From assembly GCA_963770565.1 (NCBI GenBank), contig CAVYQE010000001.1, forward strand, positions 384,001 through 448,000: DNA of 64,000 nt. Reading direction: 5' to 3'. The position numbers and the translations under genes are program-made. This DNA is from an uncultured Actinomycetota bacterium. GTDB taxonomy: Bacteria; Actinomycetota; Actinomycetes; JAFAQI01. Positions 59,926 to 64,000 of this stretch are shown one piece after another. The notes below the pieces were generated by a model. It searched no databases. It had not been told where the DNA came from and saw nothing but the letters and a program-made list of their open reading frames with translations. Each line of letters starts with the position of its first letter. Position 1 is the first letter of the stretch.

Positions 59926-60270
59926 CTAACTCGAGTCGCTGGAGTTCGTCCCGTACGCCGGTGCGAACAGGACCAGCAGGGCGAGGTCCTCGACGATGTC
60001 GACGAAGCGGTGCTCCTCGCCCGCCGGCACGAAGATCACCGAACCCGGCCCGACCTCGACCGCGCCGTCCACGGGCGTTGCGATCCGAGCCCGACCGGTG
60101 GTCACCACGTAGATCTCATCCTCGGTATGAGGCTCCTGGTCGTCCACGCCGCCGGCCGGAATGCAGTACGTCCCGACTGACAGCGCCGGGACCTCGAACT
60201 GCTCAGCCCAATCGGTCGCCTCGCCGGCATTCGGCGCGGTCCATTGCCCGGCACCCTCGATGATCTGCAC
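59926..60270 (-). CDS. Cupin domain protein
   Basis: DDQEPHTEDEIYVV..G..GSVIFVPAGEEHRF. Confidence 0.88.
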   Translation of the reverse strand: MQIIEGAGQWTAPNAGEATDWAEQFEVPALSVGTYCIPAGGVDDQEPHTEDEIYVVTTGRARIATPVDGAVEVGPGSVIFVPAGEEHRFVDIVEDLALLVLFAPAYGTNSSDSS

Positions 60271-60325
60271 AGAGCGAATCCTAGGCAGTTTAGCGGGGCC
60301 GGCCGGCATTGGAGACGATGTCCGG

Positions 60326-62083
60326 GTGAGCGTCCAGGAAGTCGTCCCGGTCGTTGCCGGGCCCGGCCCGCCCCGGGTCTTCGCGATTGCTCTGACGCCG
60401 GCTGGCGGGATCGTCGTGGGCACCGTGGCCCGCGGCGTCGTCTGCTCGTTCGACGGAGGTCAGAGCTGGACGCCGCCGGACCGTCAGCCGGGCGACGGCA
60501 CCGTCACCGCAATTGCCCTCGAGTCGGACGGCAGTCTGCTGGCGACCACCGAGACCAGCGGCTTACACGAGTCGACCGACGGCGGCCGGACCTGGCAGCC
60601 GCTTGCCGGTGACCTCGGCGCACTCCCGCTGCACGCGGTACTGCCGCAGCGCGACGGCTCGCTGCTCGTCGGCACCGGCGGACGGGGCGCCATGTCTTCC
60701 CCCGATCGTGGCCGCACCTGGACTGCGATCGAGGGCGACCTCGGCGACCAGACGGTCTACCGGCTGATCCAGGACGGTCCGGGCCGGGTCCTCGCCGCGA
60801 CCTCGACCGATGGCTGCTGGGCGATTGGCGGCAACCACGCCGAGCCGGCCGGTCTGCCCGGCGCGACCGTGCACGCGTTGTTGCGGCTCGACGACGGGAC
60901 CGTGATCGCCGGCACCAGCGGTCAGGGAATCTGGCGGCGGCAGGGCGACTCATGGAGCCCGGCGGTGCATCCGGACGCGGCCGGCGTGGTCCACGTTCTC
61001 TGCGCCGACGCCTCAGGCACTCTGTACGCCGGTTGCGGTAGTGGCGTCGTGCGATCCGCTGACGGCGGGCGGCATTGGGAGTCCGCCGCCCGGGGCTTGA
61101 GCGACCGGCGGATCTTTGCACTCGCCGCGACTCCGGCCGGGACGGTGTTCGCCGGCAGCTATGACGGAGTGTGGTTCACGGTCGACGAAGGCCGGCTGTG
61201 GGCGCCGACCGACATCGGCCTGTCCGGTGCTGACACGTTCGGCATTGCGGTTGCGCCCGACGGCGCCCTTGCGGCAGCGGGGGCCGGGGGTGCATGGACG
61301 TCGACCGACCTCGGCGAGTCCTGGGCACCGGCGGGATCAGGGCTGTCGCCGTACGCCGGGTATGGCTGGTGCTGGCTGGAGAGCGGCGATGTGCTCCTCG
61401 CCACCGACGACGGCGTCTATCGACGGTCCGGTGATTCCGGTGACTGGTCGCCGTCTGGGCTGAGCGGGCAGCGTGCGTACGTCGTCAGCCAACCCGCCGC
61501 ACCCGTCGTTTTGGCCGGCACGCTAGGCGCCGGCCTCTACCGGTCGGTCGACGACGGCCTCAGCTGGACCGGTTGCCCGGAGATCACCGATCCACTCATC
61601 TTCGACCTGCTCCGCACTCGCTCCGGGCACGTGCTCGTCGCGACCGGCGATCCCGGCGCCGGGGTGAAGCGTGGTGGCATCTTCCGCTCGACCGACGACG
61701 GCGCGCACTGGCAGCGGCTGGCCACTCCCGCGGTGTCGGTGTACGGCGTCGCTGAGGACGACGCGGGTCGGCTCTATGCAGCCGCCCAGCGGTGCACCGT
61801 GCTCCGATCCGAGGACGGCGGCGTCAGCTGGTTCGAGCTCTCGGCGCCGGGCTCCGGCACCGACAAGAGCTACGCGATCACGGTCGACCGCGACGGGCGG
61901 GTCTACCTCGGCACCGACTCGGGCGTGTTTCGCAGCGACGACCAGGCGATGTCCTGGACGGACTGCAGCGAAGGTCTCGCCGGCGCGACGCCCTACGGGT
62001 TGTGCGCCCTTGCGGCCGGACCGGTGTTCGCGGCGACCACTCGTGGCGTCCTGCGCTGGACGGACACCTCGGGCTGGCAGTAG
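60326..62083 (+). CDS. BNR/Asp-box beta-propeller repeat protein
   Basis: Many S-x-D-x-G-x-(S/T)-W boxes (SFDGGQSW, STDGGRTW, SADGGRHW, SEDGGVSW). Confidence 0.88.
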   Translation: MSVQEVVPVVAGPGPPRVFAIALTPAGGIVVGTVARGVVCSFDGGQSWTPPDRQPGDGTVTAIALESDGSLLATTETSGLHESTDGGRTWQPLAGDLGALPLHAVLPQRDGSLLVGTGGRGAMSSPDRGRTWTAIEGDLGDQTVYRLIQDGPGRVLAATSTDGCWAIGGNHAEPAGLPGATVHALLRLDDGTVIAGTSGQGIWRRQGDSWSPAVHPDAAGVVHVLCADASGTLYAGCGSGVVRSADGGRHWESAARGLSDRRIFALAATPAGTVFAGSYDGVWFTVDEGRLWAPTDIGLSGADTFGIAVAPDGALAAAGAGGAWTSTDLGESWAPAGSGLSPYAGYGWCWLESGDVLLATDDGVYRRSGDSGDWSPSGLSGQRAYVVSQPAAPVVLAGTLGAGLYRSVDDGLSWTGCPEITDPLIFDLLRTRSGHVLVATGDPGAGVKRGGIFRSTDDGAHWQRLATPAVSVYGVAEDDAGRLYAAAQRCTVLRSEDGGVSWFELSAPGSGTDKSYAITVDRDGRVYLGTDSGVFRSDDQAMSWTDCSEGLAGATPYGLCALAAGPVFAATTRGVLRWTDTSGWQ

Positions 62084-62190
62084 CGACTCAGCGTTCGGAT
62101 TCGGGCCGGAACGTGAGGCTTTCGACTCTAGGCGAAGGTCGATCTCGCGGCGCAGGGTGAAGACGAGCTAGTCGAAAGAGAGGGACGGCC

Positions 62191-63234
62191 ATGAAGGCAC
62201 TCGTTTATCACGGACCCGGCGAGAAGGCGTGGGACGACGTTCCCGACCCGGTCATCATCGATCCAACCGACGCGATCATCGGCGTCGATGCCGCAACGAT
62301 CTGCGGCACCGACCTGCACATCCTCAAGGGCGACGTACCCGCCGTCACGCCCGGCCGGATCCTCGGCCACGAGGCGATCGGCACGGTCGAGGCGGTCGGC
62401 AGCCAGGTGACGTCGGTTCGACCCGGCGACCGGGTGCTCGTGTCGTGCATCACCGCCTGCGGCCACTGCCGATACTGCCGCGACCACGCCTACGGCCAGT
62501 GCCTCGGCGGAGGCGGTTGGATCCTCGGGCACAAGATTGACGGCGTACAGGCGGAGTTCGTCCGCGTTCCGTTCGCCGACAACTCGACGTACCCGATTCC
62601 GGCCGGCGTCACCGACGAGGCCGTGCTGATGCTGGCCGACATCCTGCCGACGTCGTTCGAAGTCGGAGTGCTGAACGGGCAGGTCGAGCCCGGCAGCGTG
62701 GTGGCGATCGTCGGTGCCGGCCCGATCGGCCTGGCCGCGGTCCTCACCGCCCGGCTCTACACGCCGAGTCACATCGTGGCCATTGACGTGACCGACGCGC
62801 GGCTCGACCTGGCCAAGCGGTTCGGTGCCGACGTCGTGATCAATCCCGCCAACGAGGACGCGGTCGAGCGGGTTCGGCAGCTGACCGAAGGGTTGGGCGC
62901 GGACGTGTCGATCGAGGCGGTCGGCGTGCCGGACACCTTCGATCTCTGCACCCGACTGGTCCGTCCTGGTGGTCACATCGCCAACGTCGGTGTGCACGGA
63001 GCTCCGGTGACTCTGCACATGGAAGACCTGTGGATCCGCAACGTGACGATCACAACCGGTCTGGTCGACGCGTACTCGACGCCGATGCTGCTGAAGCTGC
63101 TCAGGGGCGGACAGCTCGACGCCGGTCGGTTCGTCACCCATCAGTTCGAGTTGAACGACATCATCAAGGCCTACGACGTGTTCGCAAACTCCGGAGACTC
63201 CGGGGCCTTGAAGGTGATGCTCACCAAGAACTGA
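62191..63234 (+). CDS. Zinc-dependent alcohol dehydrogenase (MDR family)
   Basis: ICGTDLH, GHEAIG, CGHCRYC..C, GAGPIG. Confidence 0.95.
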   Translation: MKALVYHGPGEKAWDDVPDPVIIDPTDAIIGVDAATICGTDLHILKGDVPAVTPGRILGHEAIGTVEAVGSQVTSVRPGDRVLVSCITACGHCRYCRDHAYGQCLGGGGWILGHKIDGVQAEFVRVPFADNSTYPIPAGVTDEAVLMLADILPTSFEVGVLNGQVEPGSVVAIVGAGPIGLAAVLTARLYTPSHIVAIDVTDARLDLAKRFGADVVINPANEDAVERVRQLTEGLGADVSIEAVGVPDTFDLCTRLVRPGGHIANVGVHGAPVTLHMEDLWIRNVTITTGLVDAYSTPMLLKLLRGGQLDAGRFVTHQFELNDIIKAYDVFANSGDSGALKVMLTKN

Positions 63235-63262
63235 GCCTTCGCCAGTTGCCGGCTCTCCCATA

Positions 63263-63287
63263 AAGTGATATCAATCAGATATCACTT
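63263..63287. promoter_or_regulatory. Palindromic operator AAGTGATATC-N5-GATATCACTT
   Basis: Perfect 10-bp inverted repeat ending 18 nt upstream of the SPFH start codon. Confidence 0.7.
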
Positions 63288-63305
63288 AGAGTGGGGAGCA
63301 AGGCG

Positions 63306-64000
63306 ATGAGCACAGGTCAGGATGTTCCGTTGCCGGTGGCCGCGCCGGTAGGACACGAAGGCGCGCGGGTCGAGATCCAGGAACGCCCGGCGCTCGCGAT
63401 CAACGGCTGGTACGGCGTCCTCGTGCTGGCGATCGCGATCGCCGCCGCGATCCTGGTCGGTCGGAGCTCGAACTCGGGGTGGACCTGGCTGCCGAGCCTG
63501 ATCGGCGTGATCGTGCTGATCTCGCTGACCATCGTGCAACCGGGTCAGACCCACGTCGTGCAGTTCTTCGGCCGATACATCGGCACGGTCCGTCGTACTG
63601 GTCTGGTGATGGTCCTGCCGCTGACGAATCGGCGCGGGGTCAGCGTGCGAGTGCGCAACTTCGAGACCAACCACCTCAAGGTCAATGACGCTGACGGCAA
63701 CCCGGTGGAGATCGCGGCAATCGTGGTGTGGCAGGTCGCTGACACCTCGCGAGCGCTCTTCGCCGTCGACAACTACCACAACTTCGTCTCGGTCCAGGCC
63801 GAGTCTGCGCTCCGGCACGTTGCAACCACGCACCCGTACGACAACGCCAACGAGGACGGTACGTCGTTGCGTGGCTCGACCGACATCGTTGCGGCCGAGC
63901 TCGCCACCGAGGTGGCGCAACGGGTCATCCTGGCCGGCGTCGAGATCGTCGAGGTGCGGATCAGCCACCTCGCCTACGCATCGGAAATCGCGCAGGCGAT
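63306..64000 (+). CDS. SPFH/band-7 domain protein (3'-partial; absent from ORF track)
   Basis: VQPG..VVQFFGRYIGTV..RVRNFET..KVNDADGNPVEIAAIVVWQV..QAESALRH..YD..SLRG..RISHLAYASEIAQA. Confidence 0.92.
   Translation, partial: MSTGQDVPLPVAAPVGHEGARVEIQERPALAINGWYGVLVLAIAIAAAILVGRSSNSGWTWLPSLIGVIVLISLTIVQPGQTHVVQFFGRYIGTVRRTGLVMVLPLTNRRGVSVRVRNFETNHLKVNDADGNPVEIAAIVVWQVADTSRALFAVDNYHNFVSVQAESALRHVATTHPYDNANEDGTSLRGSTDIVAAELATEVAQRVILAGVEIVEVRISHLAYASEIAQA

Noticed and set aside
59239-60180. 313-aa HTH protein overlapping the cupin gene
   Set aside because: The extension is best explained by one extra G near 59,912; removing it gives a stop at 59,920, just before the convergent cupin stop.

Overview
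This window looks like two unrelated genomes joined at ~14,320. Bases 1-14,320 read as a Planctomycetota (Pirellulales-like) housekeeping region: esterase, rsmA, riboflavin synthase, pssA-psd, manA, PNP, Nif3, GT2, a BshC-like gene and a GNAT. It is rich in REP/MITE-like and heptamer repeats and carries many single-base frameshifts, probably from a low-coverage consensus. Bases 14,321-64,000 read as Actinomycetota. They begin with a ~3.06-kb inverted duplication (14,321-17,380 / 17,464-20,534) folded inside a tyrosine-integrase gene of a MobF-relaxase/excisionase/integrase element. Next come stacked genomic islands punctuated by tRNA 3'-half att scars (tRNA-Gly-like ~30,080; tRNA-Lys(TTT) 35,409 and 52,678). 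The best candidate for an undescribed system is the att-bounded module at ~30.1-35.45 kb. It holds a DUF2130 coiled-coil/PD-(D/E)XK gene translationally coupled to an orphan ParB/Srx-domain gene, under a promoter with an AT-rich palindrome, followed by a 699-aa Zn-ribbon + PD-(D/E)XK protein; it is probably anti-phage or anti-plasmid defence. A 17-kb integrase-less cargo island (antiporter, ClC channel, uncharacterised TPP/GMC/enolase/SDR/GH15 operon) follows, then ordinary actinobacterial genes. All family calls come from motif recognition by eye; no database searches were run.
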